Part shown: one piece after another, positions 39,980-55,003 of the stretch
How positions within the stretch are numbered: the stretch's first letter is position 1
Layout: each line of letters starts with the position of its first letter
Assembly: GCA_963712745.1 (NCBI GenBank)
Contig: CAVQJC010000006.1
Coordinates: forward strand, 160,001-224,000
Reading direction: 5' to 3'
Length of the DNA: 64,000 nt
Origin: an uncultured Chloroflexia bacterium
GTDB lineage: Bacteria; Chloroflexota; Limnocylindria; Limnocylindrales; CSP1-4
The notes under the pieces: model-generated
What the model was told of the DNA's origin: nothing
What the model saw: the letters and a program-made list of their open reading frames with translations, nothing else
The model's database searches: none
Made by a program: the position numbers and the translations under genes

Positions 39980-41809
39980 TCATCCGGGCGGGCAGGGCTC
40001 GAGCGGATCGCCGAGCATGAGATCGACCTTGGACCCGACCGGGACCGACTCACCCGGCTTGGGCAGCTGGTCGTGCACGACCCAGTCGTCCTCGGGCGGA
40101 GGATCCTCCGGGTACGTAGCGCCGACCAGCAGGCCGAGTTCCTGGAGGTGGGTCCGCGCGGTGGCAAGGTCGGAGCACATGAAGTCACCGACCAGGGCGG
40201 TCTCCGACGAGGGGAACGGCGTAGGCGGAGACGTTACCTCCGACGTGGGGGCCGCCGTCGGCCGCCGTGTCGGTCGTGGCGTCACGCGCGGCCCCGGGGT
40301 GAGCTCGGCTGCAGGTCCGGTCGAGACCGTGTAGTCGATGAGCGCGCCGCGTGTGGCCGACGAGCCCGCGCGAGGGTCGGTCGAGATGACGTAGCCCTCA
40401 GGCAGCTGGTCAGCGGCGCTGGAGCGAGCGCCGACACGCAGCCCGGATGCCTCGAGCTGCTTGAGAGCGTTGTCCTCCTTGATGCCGTGGACGTCGGGGA
40501 CCACGACCGTCTCGATCTGCGTGGCGACCGTTACCTGCACGGTCGTGCCGGCCGGGACCCGCGTGCCGGGTTCGGGCAGCTGCTCGATGATGCGGCCTGC
40601 CTCGACCTCGTCTGTCTCGTGGAAATCCATCTCCAGCACCACGCCCTCGCGCTCGGCCAGGGCAAGCGCGCCGGCTTCACGGCGGCCGACGAAGTCGGGC
40701 GTCTCGACCAGCTCGACGGTCGGCTCCGGGGTGGGGCTGGGCGTCGGCTCCTCTTCGCCGATGCCGCTGAAGAGGAGGAACAGGATGATGCCCGAGGCGA
40801 TGATGACCAGGAGCCCAAGCCCGGCAGCCATCCAGGCCCATGGACCCGATCCGGAGCGCTCGGGGTCGCCCCCGTCGGGGGGCCCAGAGGCCGCGTGGAC
40901 CGTCTGGGTCGGGGGCCGTGGCGGGCCTGCGTGTGGTGGGACGGATGCGGCGGCGGCGCCGGCGGCGGCCAGGGCGGCGGCGCCGGTCGGGTCGGTGCGG
41001 AATCGCGCCAGGGCGGTTGAGAGCTCGGAGGCGGTCGGTCGTGCCGCCGGGTCGACGGCCAGGCACCAGCGCACGATGGCATCGAGCGCCGGGGGCACCT
41101 CCGCTCGCACGGCCATCGGCGAGGGCACGCCGCCTGAAAGCCGGGCCACCGCCACGGCCGCGGGCGAGTCCCCGGAGAAGGCGCGCTGGCCGGTGAGCAT
41201 CTCGTACATCACCAGGCCCAGCGAGTAGATATCGGAGGCCGAGGTAGCGGTGTCGCCACGCGCCTGTTCCGGGCTGAAGTAGAGGACGCTACCAAGCGTG
41301 ATGCCGGTGGCCGTGACCGGTGAACCGGCGGCCGCCTGGGCGATGCCGAAATCGGCCACCTGCACGCGGCCATCGGGCGAGAGCAGGATGTTGCTGGGCT
41401 TGATGTCACGATGGACGAGGCCGCTGGCGTGGGCAGCCGCGAGTGCGTCGGCCACCTGCTGGCCCATGTTCGCCACCGCGGTCGGCGGCAGGCTGCCCTT
41501 CTTGCCCAGGGCCGACGAGAGGTCGCCGCCGGAAACCTGTTCCATGACGATGTAGGGACCGGCGCTGTCGGTGCCGTAGTCGTAGACCTGGACGATGTTG
41601 GGGTGGCTCAGTGACGCGGCGGCCTGGGCCTCGTGCTCGAAGCGTTCCACGAATTGGGCGTCGGCGCCGAACTCCGGCCGCAGGACCTTGACCGCGACCT
41701 CACGTCCAAGCTTGTCGTCGGTGGCTCCGAAGATGGTGGCCATGCCACCCTGGCCGAGGACCTGGTCCAGGCGATAGCGGCCGCCGAGGAGCGTGCCAAG
41801 CTCAGCCAC
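39980..41809 (-). CDS. pknB: PASTA-domain Ser/Thr protein kinase (PknB/Stk1)
   Basis: LGQGGMA, VAVK, HRDIKPSN, DFGIA, YFSPEQ, TM, three PASTA-like repeats. Confidence 0.93.
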   Translation of the reverse strand: MAELGTLLGGRYRLDQVLGQGGMATIFGATDDKLGREVAVKVLRPEFGADAQFVERFEHEAQAAASLSHPNIVQVYDYGTDSAGPYIVMEQVSGGDLSSALGKKGSLPPTAVANMGQQVADALAAAHASGLVHRDIKPSNILLSPDGRVQVADFGIAQAAAGSPVTATGITLGSVLYFSPEQARGDTATSASDIYSLGLVMYEMLTGQRAFSGDSPAAVAVARLSGGVPSPMAVRAEVPPALDAIVRWCLAVDPAARPTASELSTALARFRTDPTGAAALAAAGAAAASVPPHAGPPRPPTQTVHAASGPPDGGDPERSGSGPWAWMAAGLGLLVIIASGIILFLLFSGIGEEEPTPSPTPEPTVELVETPDFVGRREAGALALAEREGVVLEMDFHETDEVEAGRIIEQLPEPGTRVPAGTTVQVTVATQIETVVVPDVHGIKEDNALKQLEASGLRVGARSSAADQLPEGYVISTDPRAGSSATRGALIDYTVSTGPAAELTPGPRVTPRPTRRPTAAPTSEVTSPPTPFPSSETALVGDFMCSDLATARTHLQELGLLVGATYPEDPPPEDDWVVHDQLPKPGESVPVGSKVDLMLGDPLEPCPPG

Positions 41810-41857
41810 CTGGGCTGCCCCTGAGGCTGCCTGCCGGACCGACTGCCTCGGCCGCCG

Positions 41858-42736
41858 TCACTGCAGGTCGATCCCTGCCAAGTAGTCGCGGAACTCGCCC
41901 CCGATGTCGTCGCGGTCGATCGCGAGCTGGACGGACGCCTTGAGCCAGCCCATCGTGGTGCCCGCGTCATGGCGCGTGCCCTCGAAGGCGTAGGAGAAGA
42001 CCTCCTGTTCGTCCATCAGGGCCCTGATCGCATCCGTCAGCTGGATCTCGCCGCCGGCTCCGGCCTGCGTCTGCTCCAGCTTCTCGAAGATCTTGGGCGT
42101 GAGCACGTAGCGGCCGATGATGGCCTTGTTGCTGGGGGCTTCGGCGGCAGGCGGCTTCTCGACCAGGCCGCGGATGCGGTTCAGGCGCACGTCCGGGTCC
42201 GACCACTCGGGATCGATGTCGACTATGCCATAGCGCTCGGTCTCCTCGTGGGGCACGGGCATGACCGCCAGCGTGGAGCCGCCGGTGTGCTGGTAGGACT
42301 CGATGAGCTGGCCGATGCAGGAACGCTCGGCTTGCACCACATCATCGGAGAGGATGACCGCGAACGGCTCGTGACCCACGAGCTCCTTGGCCATCAGCAC
42401 TGCGTGGCCAAGGCCGAGCTGCTCCTTCTGGCGCACGTAGCTGACCTGGGCCATGTCCCCGATCTGGCGAACCCTGCGCAGCATCTCGATGTCACCCTTG
42501 GTCTCGAGCAGGTGCTCGAGTTCGAAGCTGTGGTCGAAATGGTCCTCGATGGCCCGCTTCTGGCTGCTGGTAACGATGATGACCTGCTCGACCCCAGCGG
42601 CCACGGCCTCTTCGACCGCGTACTGGATGACCGGCTTGTCCACCAGCGGCAGCATCTCCTTGGGCTGCGCCTTGGTGGCCGGAAGGAACCGAGTCCCCCA
42701 GCCCGCGGCCGGGAACACTGCCTTGCGAACGCGCAT
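41858..42736 (-). CDS. galU: UTP--glucose-1-phosphate uridylyltransferase
   Basis: KAVFPAAGWGTRFLPATKAQPKEMLP, LGLGHAV, VEKP, GEIQLTDA. Confidence 0.96.
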   Translation of the reverse strand: MRVRKAVFPAAGWGTRFLPATKAQPKEMLPLVDKPVIQYAVEEAVAAGVEQVIIVTSSQKRAIEDHFDHSFELEHLLETKGDIEMLRRVRQIGDMAQVSYVRQKEQLGLGHAVLMAKELVGHEPFAVILSDDVVQAERSCIGQLIESYQHTGGSTLAVMPVPHEETERYGIVDIDPEWSDPDVRLNRIRGLVEKPPAAEAPSNKAIIGRYVLTPKIFEKLEQTQAGAGGEIQLTDAIRALMDEQEVFSYAFEGTRHDAGTTMGWLKASVQLAIDRDDIGGEFRDYLAGIDLQ

Positions 42737-42848
42737 CGATCCTCCATGCGAGTGCCGGGTGTCGGCCCGGTCTTGGTGGCCGGCGCGGGTGTCTCCGACG
42801 CGAGTAGCCCGAGTGTAGCGCGGCGGCGCCGACGACTCAGGCCGCGAC

Positions 42849-43817
42849 CTACTCCGCGACCGGCTGCCCTGGAGGTCCGGGGCGATGGACCGGCGCGAGT
42901 TGAACGAGGCTTGCGCCGACCAGCACGAGCACGCCGCCGGCCAACTGGATGAACGTGGGCTGCTCGGCCAGCAGGAGCATGGCCAGGAGGGCACCAGTGA
43001 CCGGTTCTGCCAGCATGAGCACGGCACCTCGAGTCGGTCCCACCCGACGATATCCGGCGATGATGAGCACGGCCGGGATGGCGGCCCCGACGATGCCGGC
43101 GGTGAGGATGAGCAGCCACGCTTCCGCCGAGCCGACCGGCTCAAGGATGGTGGAGCCCTGCCCCAGCACGAGCAGCAGCGGGACCAACAGGACCCCGTAG
43201 ATGGCCACCGAGAAGAGACGCACCAGCGCAGCCGACTGCAGCGGCGGAACCGAGCTGAAGCCGCCAGCGCCGACCAGAGCGAAGCCCGTCTGGCACAGCG
43301 ACGCGATCAGCGCCAGGCCGACGCCGAGAGGGTCGATGTCACCGGCCCCACTCGACCCGGGACCCGCCAGCAGCAGCACCAGGCCCAGCCCCGAGAGGCC
43401 GATGGCGGCGAGCTTGCGCAGCCCGAGGTGCTCGCCGAACACGGGCACGGCCCCGATGGCGACCCACACCGGGAAGGTGTAGAACACGATCAGGGCCGCG
43501 GCGACAGTGGTGCGTTCGAAAGCGAAGAAGAGCGACAACGTGGTGCCCGCCACGAAGGCACCCATGGCTGCCAGCTGAAGCCACTGGTGGCGGGGTATGG
43601 CCGAGAGACGGGTGCTCGGCACCCGGCGGATTGCGGCGCCGGCGAGCAGGACGACCAGAAGCGCGACCACCGACGATACGGCACGCCAGAGCGCGAAGCT
43701 GACGGCCGTGAACCCGGCATCAGAGGCGAATCGGGCCAGCGGGCCAAGGGTGCCGAAGCCGATCGCGGCGATGACGATGAAGGCGACCCCCAGCGGGTCG
43801 ATGCGGTCGCGGTTCAG
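42849..43817 (-). CDS. DMT/EamA family transporter (start approximate)
   Basis: Ten TM, FYTFPVWV…FGEHL, LAEPVTG…LAEQ. Confidence 0.88.
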   Translation of the reverse strand: MNRDRIDPLGVAFIVIAAIGFGTLGPLARFASDAGFTAVSFALWRAVSSVVALLVVLLAGAAIRRVPSTRLSAIPRHQWLQLAAMGAFVAGTTLSLFFAFERTTVAAALIVFYTFPVWVAIGAVPVFGEHLGLRKLAAIGLSGLGLVLLLAGPGSSGAGDIDPLGVGLALIASLCQTGFALVGAGGFSSVPPLQSAALVRLFSVAIYGVLLVPLLLVLGQGSTILEPVGSAEAWLLILTAGIVGAAIPAVLIIAGYRRVGPTRGAVLMLAEPVTGALLAMLLLAEQPTFIQLAGGVLVLVGASLVQLAPVHRPGPPGQPVAE

Positions 43818-44876
43818 GTCTCGGTCGCTTCCTGTGCCTCGGTCCGGCGGCCCCGCAACACGATGGACGTGAACGGCACCCGGATCTCGCCGAATGTCTC
43901 GGTCGAGACGAGGAACCCGGCCAGCAGGAAGATGACCGGCGAGGAGCTTGCCCAGCTGGAACCACTCGGTGGATCCGAAGCGGTTGAGGCTATCGGTCAC
44001 CGCGGGGATGAAGGCACCGATGGCGATGAGCAGCGTAGCCGGCACTCGGCTGTTGATGTTGCCTGTGAGCAGGGCCTTGAGCGCGCCCGGTAGCGAGCCC
44101 ACGAAGTTGACCACGATGGCCACGGGCGAGATCAGCAGATTGAAGAGGAACTGCTCGCCGGGCTGGCCTGGGTCAAGGGAGTAGTCGAGGACGCGGCGCT
44201 TGGGCATGAAGACGTACGCTGAGAAGACGGCACCCAGGATGAGCGCGAAGGCACCGGTGATGTTCATGAAAGGCGTCAGCAGCCGCAGCTCCGGGGGCAA
44301 GATCTCCGCCGTGGGAACGCCTGTCTCGGGGTCCAGCGAATAGCCCGGATCAGGCAGGGCCGCCATGAACATGAAGACGATCGAGAGGAAGGTGGCGCCG
44401 CCGACCGCCAGCAGCGCCATCCACGGCCAGCGCCAATTCTGGAAGTACGTCTCCACCGAGACGGCCAGGGCGAGCACCGCAGCCACGAGGAAGTAGAGCA
44501 TCGCGGTGGTGCTGGCGTCGGCATAGATCTCCGGGTTGCGCCGCGCGGTCAGGAAGGTGAAGAGGCCGGCGAAGAAGAGACACAGTGCGAACGCGAAGCC
44601 GAAGCGTGTGCGCCCCAGGAGGAAGGCGTTGCCGAGGCCCAGCCAGCCGGCTGTCCAGACGGCTCCGGTGAGATACCAGACGCGGTAGATGGGCTCGTTC
44701 CAGCCAGCCGCCGCGGCGATGGCCTCGCAGGCCACGGCGATCCCGAAGAACAGGATGCCCAGCGCCCAGATGGCCTGGTAGGCGCGTCGTCGGGTCCGCC
44801 ACTGGTCGAGCAGCAGGACGAAGAAGACGGCCGCCAGGACAGCGGTGATCGCGGGTATGAAGACGTTGGCGTCCAT
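43814..44876 (-). CDS. Hypothetical polytopic membrane protein, frameshifted near 43940
   Basis: YQAIWALG…GWNEPIYRVWYLTGA; true C-terminus VIFLLAGFLVSTETF…EATET* is in another frame. Confidence 0.75.
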
Positions 44877-44899
44877 GGAGCCCCCGGCGAGGTCGGCCG

Positions 44900-45277
44900 T
44901 CAGGCCGGTTCGAACTCGTGATCCTCGCGATGGTTGGCGTCACACAGGCCCCAGGCCGGAGGATCGACGGGCAGCGGCGTGGGCCGCATCAGCTCTCGCA
45001 CCTCGGAGAGCCGGCAGATATAGTGGCCACGTCGCTGTGCCCAGGCGCGGAAGCACTCTGGGGCGGCGTGAAACTGGTGTGGGCCAGGGTTGAGAGGCGC
45101 GGTATCCGCCCAGCTGGGGGCAGCTTCGCGCGCCACGTTGTCGAGCAGCGATACGCGGAACGGCGTGCCCTCGATGGGCACGTTGCAGCCGTCGCAGCGC
45201 TTGGCGTCGTTCTCACTGAAGACGGTCGGGATCCGGATGCCCATGATCCGGCCGCCGCGGAATCGGGTCGCGCTCAC
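44900..45277 (-). CDS. Small Cys/His-rich hypothetical protein
   Basis: CDGC…HQFH…EC, C…CDANHREDH; TACGAT 6 nt before GTG 45277 (alternative ATG 45244). Confidence 0.72.
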   Translation of the reverse strand: MSATRFRGGRIMGIRIPTVFSENDAKRCDGCNVPIEGTPFRVSLLDNVAREAAPSWADTAPLNPGPHQFHAAPECFRAWAQRRGHYICRLSEVRELMRPTPLPVDPPAWGLCDANHREDHEFEPA

Positions 45278-45413
45278 CGGCTGATCGTAGCAGAGCGCCC
45301 CGCACATCGAACCTCGAGCACTGGCGCCTGGATCTCGCACCGTCGCGGTCCCGCTACTCGGGCCCCTCGCCGATCCCCGGCTGAAGGCTTGCGCGGGGCC
45401 GTATCGTTCACCC

Positions 45414-45800
45414 ATGAGTGAACAGACGATGCCCCTCGGTGCCTTCTCCGTCAGCCTCGCCGTCAAGGACCTGGCGGCCTCGCGTGCGTTCTACGAGAAG
45501 CTCGGATTCCATGCCGTCTTCGGTGAGCCTGAGCAAGGCTGGCAGATCATGCGCAACGGGAGCACCACCATCGGGCTCTTCGCGGGCATGTTCGAACGCA
45601 ACATCCTGACCTTCAATCCCGGCTGGGATGCCGACGCCCAGCCGCTCGATTCGTACACGGACGTCAGGGAACTGCAGCGACGACTGGAGGCGGCGGGGGT
45701 CGAGTTCGAATCGAAGGCTGATGACTCGACGACCGGCCCAGCGTCATTCGCAGTGGTCGACCCGGACGGCAACACCATCCTCGTCGACCAGCACGTCTAG
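45414..45800 (+). CDS. VOC/glyoxalase family protein
   Basis: [25 protein letters not shown]…[13 protein letters not shown]. Confidence 0.92.
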   Translation: MSEQTMPLGAFSVSLAVKDLAASRAFYEKLGFHAVFGEPEQGWQIMRNGSTTIGLFAGMFERNILTFNPGWDADAQPLDSYTDVRELQRRLEAAGVEFESKADDSTTGPASFAVVDPDGNTILVDQHV

Positions 45801-45877
45801 CGCTCATCGGCCGGCCGACATCTGCCCGACCGCTCTCTGGCATCGTAGAAGCCGATCGCTCGCTAGGAGGCACGACG

Positions 45878-50139
<4,262 letters not shown>

Positions 50140-50141
50140 GG

Positions 50142-51836
50142 CTAGTTCGCGAAGGCCTCGGCGCGCTGGCGCCGGTACTGGACGATGGTGAAGATGAAGA
50201 TGAGCCCGAACAGGACCCAGGCGATGGCCGAGGCGTAGCCGAACTCGAAGTTCTGGAAGCCTGCGTTGTAGAGGTACATGACCGGGGTCAGGGTGGCGTT
50301 GTTGGGCCCGCCGCCGGTCAGGATGAAGGGCTCGGTGAAGAGCTGGAAGGCGAGGATGGTGGTGGTCGCGACGACGAAGAACGTCGTGGCCGAGACGGAC
50401 GGCAGCGTGATGTTGCGGAAGCGCTGCCAGCGGTTGGCCCCGTCGATCGTTGCCGCCTCGTATAGGTCGGCTGGGACCCCCTGCAGGCCCGCCAGGAAGA
50501 GGATCGAGTTGAAGCCGACAGTCGTCCAGGCGAAGACGACGGCGATGATCGGGAGGGCTGTGACCGGGTCGTTGAGCCAGGCGATCTTGGGGTCTTCGAT
50601 GCTGAGGCCCAATGTCGAGTTGATGAACCCGATGACACTGGTGATGCCGTAGTTGACCCAGCCCACGCTCTGGTCCAGGAGCTGCTGCCAGATGATGGCG
50701 ATGCCCACGATGCCGGCAACGCTGGGGATGAAGTAGACGGCCCGGAAGAAGCGGATGCCGCGGACGCGCGAGTTCAGCAGGGACGCCAGGAAGAGCGCCG
50801 GGATCACGGCCATGGGGATGGCGATGAGGCAGAAGACGAGGATGTTGCGCAGCGCGATCCAGAAGAGCCTGTCCTGGGCCGCGATGACGACCGAGCCGAT
50901 GCGGAGGACCTCGCTGTAACCCTGCTCCAGGCCCGGTGCCAGAAGCACACTGGGGTCGTCGAGCACGACGAACTGGAGCGCGAGGATGTCGAGGTAGTTC
51001 TGGAGGCCCAGGAAGATCGGATCGCTGAAGGCGTCCCAGTCGGTCAAGCTCACGTAGAGGCTGAACAGAAGGGGGCCGGCGAAGAAGCCGAGGAAGCCGA
51101 GGAGGTTGGGCGAGATGAGCAGCACTCCATCGAGGACGTCGCTGTCCTTGAGCGTGGCGCCGAAGCGCGCCTTGCCCGCCTCGCCCCAGAGTGCCAGCAG
51201 GAAGGCCAAGATGACGCCGCTCGCCACGGCCAGCCCGAAGTGCAACGGATCGGCAAGTCCCGTGGCGAACTCGACGACGCCTCGCACCGCGTCGATGGCG
51301 AAGAGGAAGCCGACGCCCGCCACCACGAGCAGCCCGGTCCGAACAAGACCGAGTCCTCGCTTGAGAGTTGGGCGGGCACCGACCGCATCAGTGGCGTAGC
51401 CGAGCACGAACGCCACGAGCGCGAGCAGGAGCCACGGCAGCGAGGCCCCGAAGACGCCCGCGAGGTCATCCAACCCGACGAACACGCCCGACAGATGGAG
51501 CAGGAACAGGAAGACGGTCAGGAAGGCGAGGTAGTCGACGATGATGGCCAGGACGCGGCCGCGGGCGGTACGCCGGAGCGTGAGCAGCGTCGAGGCTCCA
51601 GCGGCCACGGTGAAGAGCAGCGGGACCGCCAGCGCGGCGATGAAGAGCGGCAGGGGCAGACCCCCGGGGTCCTGGAGCGCCAGCGCGACGAGAGCGATCG
51701 CGCCCAGCACGGTCAGGGTGCCCTGGAAGAGCGGGCTGACACGGACAAGCAGGCGCTCCACCTGCGCGCGCGGGCTAGCGGGTGCAGGCTGCGACTGCTG
51801 GGTCGTGGTCGGTGCTTCGACCGTGGTAGCAGACAT
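50142..51836 (-). CDS. Carbohydrate ABC permease (MalF-like) with long hydrophobic N-terminal extension
   Basis: LYEAATIDGANRWQRFRNITLP, FEFGYASAIAW. Confidence 0.93.
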   Translation of the reverse strand: MSATTVEAPTTTQQSQPAPASPRAQVERLLVRVSPLFQGTLTVLGAIALVALALQDPGGLPLPLFIAALAVPLLFTVAAGASTLLTLRRTARGRVLAIIVDYLAFLTVFLFLLHLSGVFVGLDDLAGVFGASLPWLLLALVAFVLGYATDAVGARPTLKRGLGLVRTGLLVVAGVGFLFAIDAVRGVVEFATGLADPLHFGLAVASGVILAFLLALWGEAGKARFGATLKDSDVLDGVLLISPNLLGFLGFFAGPLLFSLYVSLTDWDAFSDPIFLGLQNYLDILALQFVVLDDPSVLLAPGLEQGYSEVLRIGSVVIAAQDRLFWIALRNILVFCLIAIPMAVIPALFLASLLNSRVRGIRFFRAVYFIPSVAGIVGIAIIWQQLLDQSVGWVNYGITSVIGFINSTLGLSIEDPKIAWLNDPVTALPIIAVVFAWTTVGFNSILFLAGLQGVPADLYEAATIDGANRWQRFRNITLPSVSATTFFVVATTTILAFQLFTEPFILTGGGPNNATLTPVMYLYNAGFQNFEFGYASAIAWVLFGLIFIFTIVQYRRQRAEAFAN

Positions 51837-51936
51837 CTCGATAGCGTGTCGCCCGTGGCCGGGCGAGCGGGGCCTCCGCTCAGTCGAACGCCCGGGCCAG
51901 CACGGGGCCGGCCCGGGCGGCTAGCTCAGCTTCGGC

Positions 51937-53258
51937 TCAGTCGGAGAAACCTTCGGCGTCGGCTTCAGCGCAGATCGTGGCAGCGAACTCCTCGATCGTC
52001 GTCTCGCCGCTGGCCAGGCCATCGACGGCCGCGGTCATCACGGCGTCGAACTTCGGCCAGTTGCCCTCCCACAGCGGCCCCTCGGCGACGGCGCGGTTCG
52101 CGAGTCCATCAAGGAACGCCTGGTTGTTCTCCGGCGGGGTCAACGTCAGGAAGGTCTCGGCCACGTCGTCACCGACCCGGCTCGGGATGTTGGCACCCAG
52201 CTCGGCGACCATAGCCTGGATGTCCGGCTGTGTGAGCTCGTTGATGACCCGCCAGGCAGCCTCCGGGTTCTCGGTGTCCGCGTTGGCTGTGTAGGCACCC
52301 CAGAAGAGCCAGTTTCCGCCCGGGACAGGACCATCGGGAAGCGACACCACGTCCCAGTCGAAGTTGGCGTTGGCGCGGGCGCCGGGCGTGGCCCAGCGGC
52401 CGTTCATGAACATGCCGGTGTTGCCGGCCAGGAACGCCGGCTCGCCGTCCGAGTATTCCGCGAAGCCGTCGAGCCCCTGGTAGATGAGCTGGAGCTGCGT
52501 CAGGCCCTCGATGGCCTCGGGGGTGTCAAGGGCACAGGCGGTCCGGTCCTCGTTGAAGAAGCTGCCGCCGGCGGAGTTGATCCAGTACCCGTAGGGACCC
52601 CACCAGGGCGAGCCGGTACCGAAGCCGGTGATCTCGGGGCCGAGGACGCTGACAGCCTCGCCGACCTCGATGAACTTCTCCCAGGTCCACTCGCCGTTGG
52701 CGGCGAGCTCCCGGGGTATCCTCCGCGCCGGCCTCGAGGATGAGGTCGTTGTTGAGATACAGCGCGAAGGTGGAGACGTCACGGGGCAGGCCCCAGAGCG
52801 GCCCACCGGCCTCACCCGTCTCGGGATCGTAGGTGAGGTGGAACATCGGGCCGGGGTAGAAGGCATCGTCGCTGAAGCCCTCGGTCGCGTTCGCGAACTC
52901 GCGATTGTTCGCGATGATCCCACGGGTCGCGAAGTCAGCGATGTCAGTGCCCGGGATCCAGAAAACGTCGGGGGCCGTTCCTGACGCCGCCTCCGTCTTG
53001 AGGGTGTCCTGGTAGCCAGAGGTCTCGGTCCCGCCCGCCTGGTACTCGACGGTGATGCCATCGAGCCGCTCGGAGATGACGTCTGCGATGTCGCGGTAGA
53101 CGCCGGCCTCCGTGTCGTTGTCCGGGCGGGTCCGGAACGTCACGGTCACATCGTCTTGCGCGGCCACGGCGATAGACGAGCCCACGAGGGCTGCGGTCGC
53201 CAGCGCGGTGACCAGGATGGCCGTGCGCCGCGGGGCGCGAAGAATCAGGGAATGCCAT
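51937..53258 (-). CDS. Sugar ABC transporter substrate-binding protein, frameshifted
   Basis: GGAGGAGG RBS; signal peptide; GTAPDVF, WGLP…LYLNNDL, WTWEKF, FMNGRW; shifts near 53230 and 52720. Confidence 0.9.
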
Positions 53259-53298
53259 GTGTTCCTCCTCCATGACTATGAAGGGCAGTCCAGCGGAC

Positions 53299-53314
53299 TC
53301 CCAACCGGTTATCG
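53299..53314. promoter_or_regulatory. Possible LacI-type operator core upstream of the sugar ABC operon
   Basis: AACCGGTT palindrome at 53303-53310; flanks are not symmetric. Confidence 0.3.
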
Positions 53315-53430
53315 AAGTCGGAGTCTGAGAATCCGGCAGCGGGCCTGTCAACGACCCCGGTCCTCGGCGCCAGCCCCTCCCATATCGTTCGCTTCGATGG
53401 GTCCGATCTGGTGGGAGGCTCCAGGTCGGA

Positions 53431-53946
53431 TCAGCCCATGGTGACCGGATGAACGACGCCGTCCACGAACCAGGTGTCGTCCATGCCCAGGCCCACGACG
53501 GTGATGTCAAGCGTCGCGCATAGGCCTTCGTAGGCACCGTCCCCGAACAGCAGCGCGCGAACTCCGACCGGCTGGAAATCGTTCGGCCGGAAGCCCGTGA
53601 AGTCGCCGTGCCACGAGCCGTCGGCGCCCTCGATGGTGATGGAGCCCCAGGCTGGGATCGGCTGGTCACCGGATGACACCACATCCCAGTTCCAATCGGA
53701 GACCAGATCGCCTGCCATTCGCGGGTCACTGAAGCGGTGAGCCGACCCCGCCATGGCATAGTCGCGGTACTGGAAGACGCGGTCTTCCTCGTTGAATGTC
53801 CCGCCCGGGATCCAGTGCACGTCGACGGAGCCGGCGACCGGGCCGATGGCGTGGGTCGCTTCCGTCGTCGCGATGGCGACCGCAGAGGTTCCGCCCACAA
53901 GGGAGAGGATCGCGAAGGAGAGAGCGGCGATCCGCAGGGCGCGCAT
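53431..53946 (-). CDS. Secreted protein of the 'DPR…G.GAYEGL' family
   Basis: GGAGG RBS; signal peptide; FSDPRMAG, GSWHG, GDGAYEGL, WFVDGVV. Confidence 0.8.
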   Translation of the reverse strand: MRALRIAALSFAILSLVGGTSAVAIATTEATHAIGPVAGSVDVHWIPGGTFNEEDRVFQYRDYAMAGSAHRFSDPRMAGDLVSDWNWDVVSSGDQPIPAWGSITIEGADGSWHGDFTGFRPNDFQPVGVRALLFGDGAYEGLCATLDITVVGLGMDDTWFVDGVVHPVTMG

Positions 53947-54169
53947 GTCAGGCCTCCTTGCCAACACACTGCGCGGGCCGGGTTCGCCAGTGGCTCGGTG
54001 CGACTCAGGCGGCCAACGTACGCGAGTCGCGCTTCCATGCCTCCCGTCAGACTGTCAAGCGTGCACTCGTGAAACCACCGGCAACAAGTGCCAGACGGGC
54101 TGAATCGCGCCAGTGCGCAGCACGTCCGGCCCCCCGGGTGGGCCGCTGGGAACGGTGCCACGACGGTGC

Positions 54170-54766
54170 TCAGTCGGTCAGCCCCACGATCATCGCGGTC
54201 ATCAACTCTGACGCAGCGGCGGGCCCAAGTCCGTTCGAGGCCAGGGACGCCCAGGTTCGGAAGTCCACGGCATGCCGTACCGCGATCTGCACGCGCTGGT
54301 CATCCGGTCGCGACCACGCCTCGACCAGGGCGGCATGCGTGTTCTCGAGTTGAGCACGGAGTAGCTCGCCCACGAATGGGGGCATGATCGCGACGTCACG
54401 GAACGAGTTGGACATCATCTGTTCGTTCTCGTCGTAGTAGCGATACAGATCGCCAAGTCCGCGCGCGAGTCGAGTGGCTGGATCAGGCTCGTCGCGCCAG
54501 TCCTCGGTCCGCGGCCACGGATGGCGCGCGAACCAATGGCTGGTACAGGCGCCGTACAGGGTCTCCTCGTCGGGGAAGTGCCGATAGACGGTCGAGCGCT
54601 GGACGCCGGCCTTGGACGCCACGCCTTTGATCGTCGTGTATCGCGGTCCGACTGAACCATGCAACTCCACTGTCGCTTCGACGATCCGCCGTCGGGTTCC
54701 CTCGAAGTCTTCGAGTCGCTTGCGCATGCGGTAGGGGCGAGCGGCGTGGCTGGCTTCGGAACTCAT
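54170..54766 (-). CDS. TetR/AcrR family regulator
   Basis: TRRRIVEATVELH…TTIKGVASKAGVQRSTVYRHFPDE. Confidence 0.92.
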   Translation of the reverse strand: MSSEASHAARPYRMRKRLEDFEGTRRRIVEATVELHGSVGPRYTTIKGVASKAGVQRSTVYRHFPDEETLYGACTSHWFARHPWPRTEDWRDEPDPATRLARGLGDLYRYYDENEQMMSNSFRDVAIMPPFVGELLRAQLENTHAALVEAWSRPDDQRVQIAVRHAVDFRTWASLASNGLGPAAASELMTAMIVGLTD

Positions 54767-54775
54767 GAATATGAT

Positions 54776-54896
54776 GATACACACATGTACCACCATCGTG
54801 CGTCAATAGGCATTCACAGAGGGAGTTCGGTCTCAGATTGTAGCGTACACCTATGTACGACCAATACTTGACAGCCCGACACGAGTGGCCTAGTCT
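54776..54896. promoter_or_regulatory. Two TACA-N4-TGTA operators and a sigma70-type promoter
   Basis: GATACAcacaTGTACC 54776; CGTACAcctaTGTACG 54844; TTGACA(54868)-N17-TAGTCT(54891). Confidence 0.7.
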
Positions 54897-55003
54897 CCTG
54901 TTCTGCAGGACACAGGTGTTCGATGAACTGTGCCGAGGCGCGGAAGACCCGACACACGGGTCTCATGCCCACTCACGAGATCAGCGGACGGAGGAGACCG
55001 GCA

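Noticed and set aside
42849-44876. 675 aa ORF suggesting a membrane protein-EamA fusion
   Set aside because: A frameshift near 43940 joins two genes; the first has its own hydrophobic C-terminus and stop at 43814 in another frame
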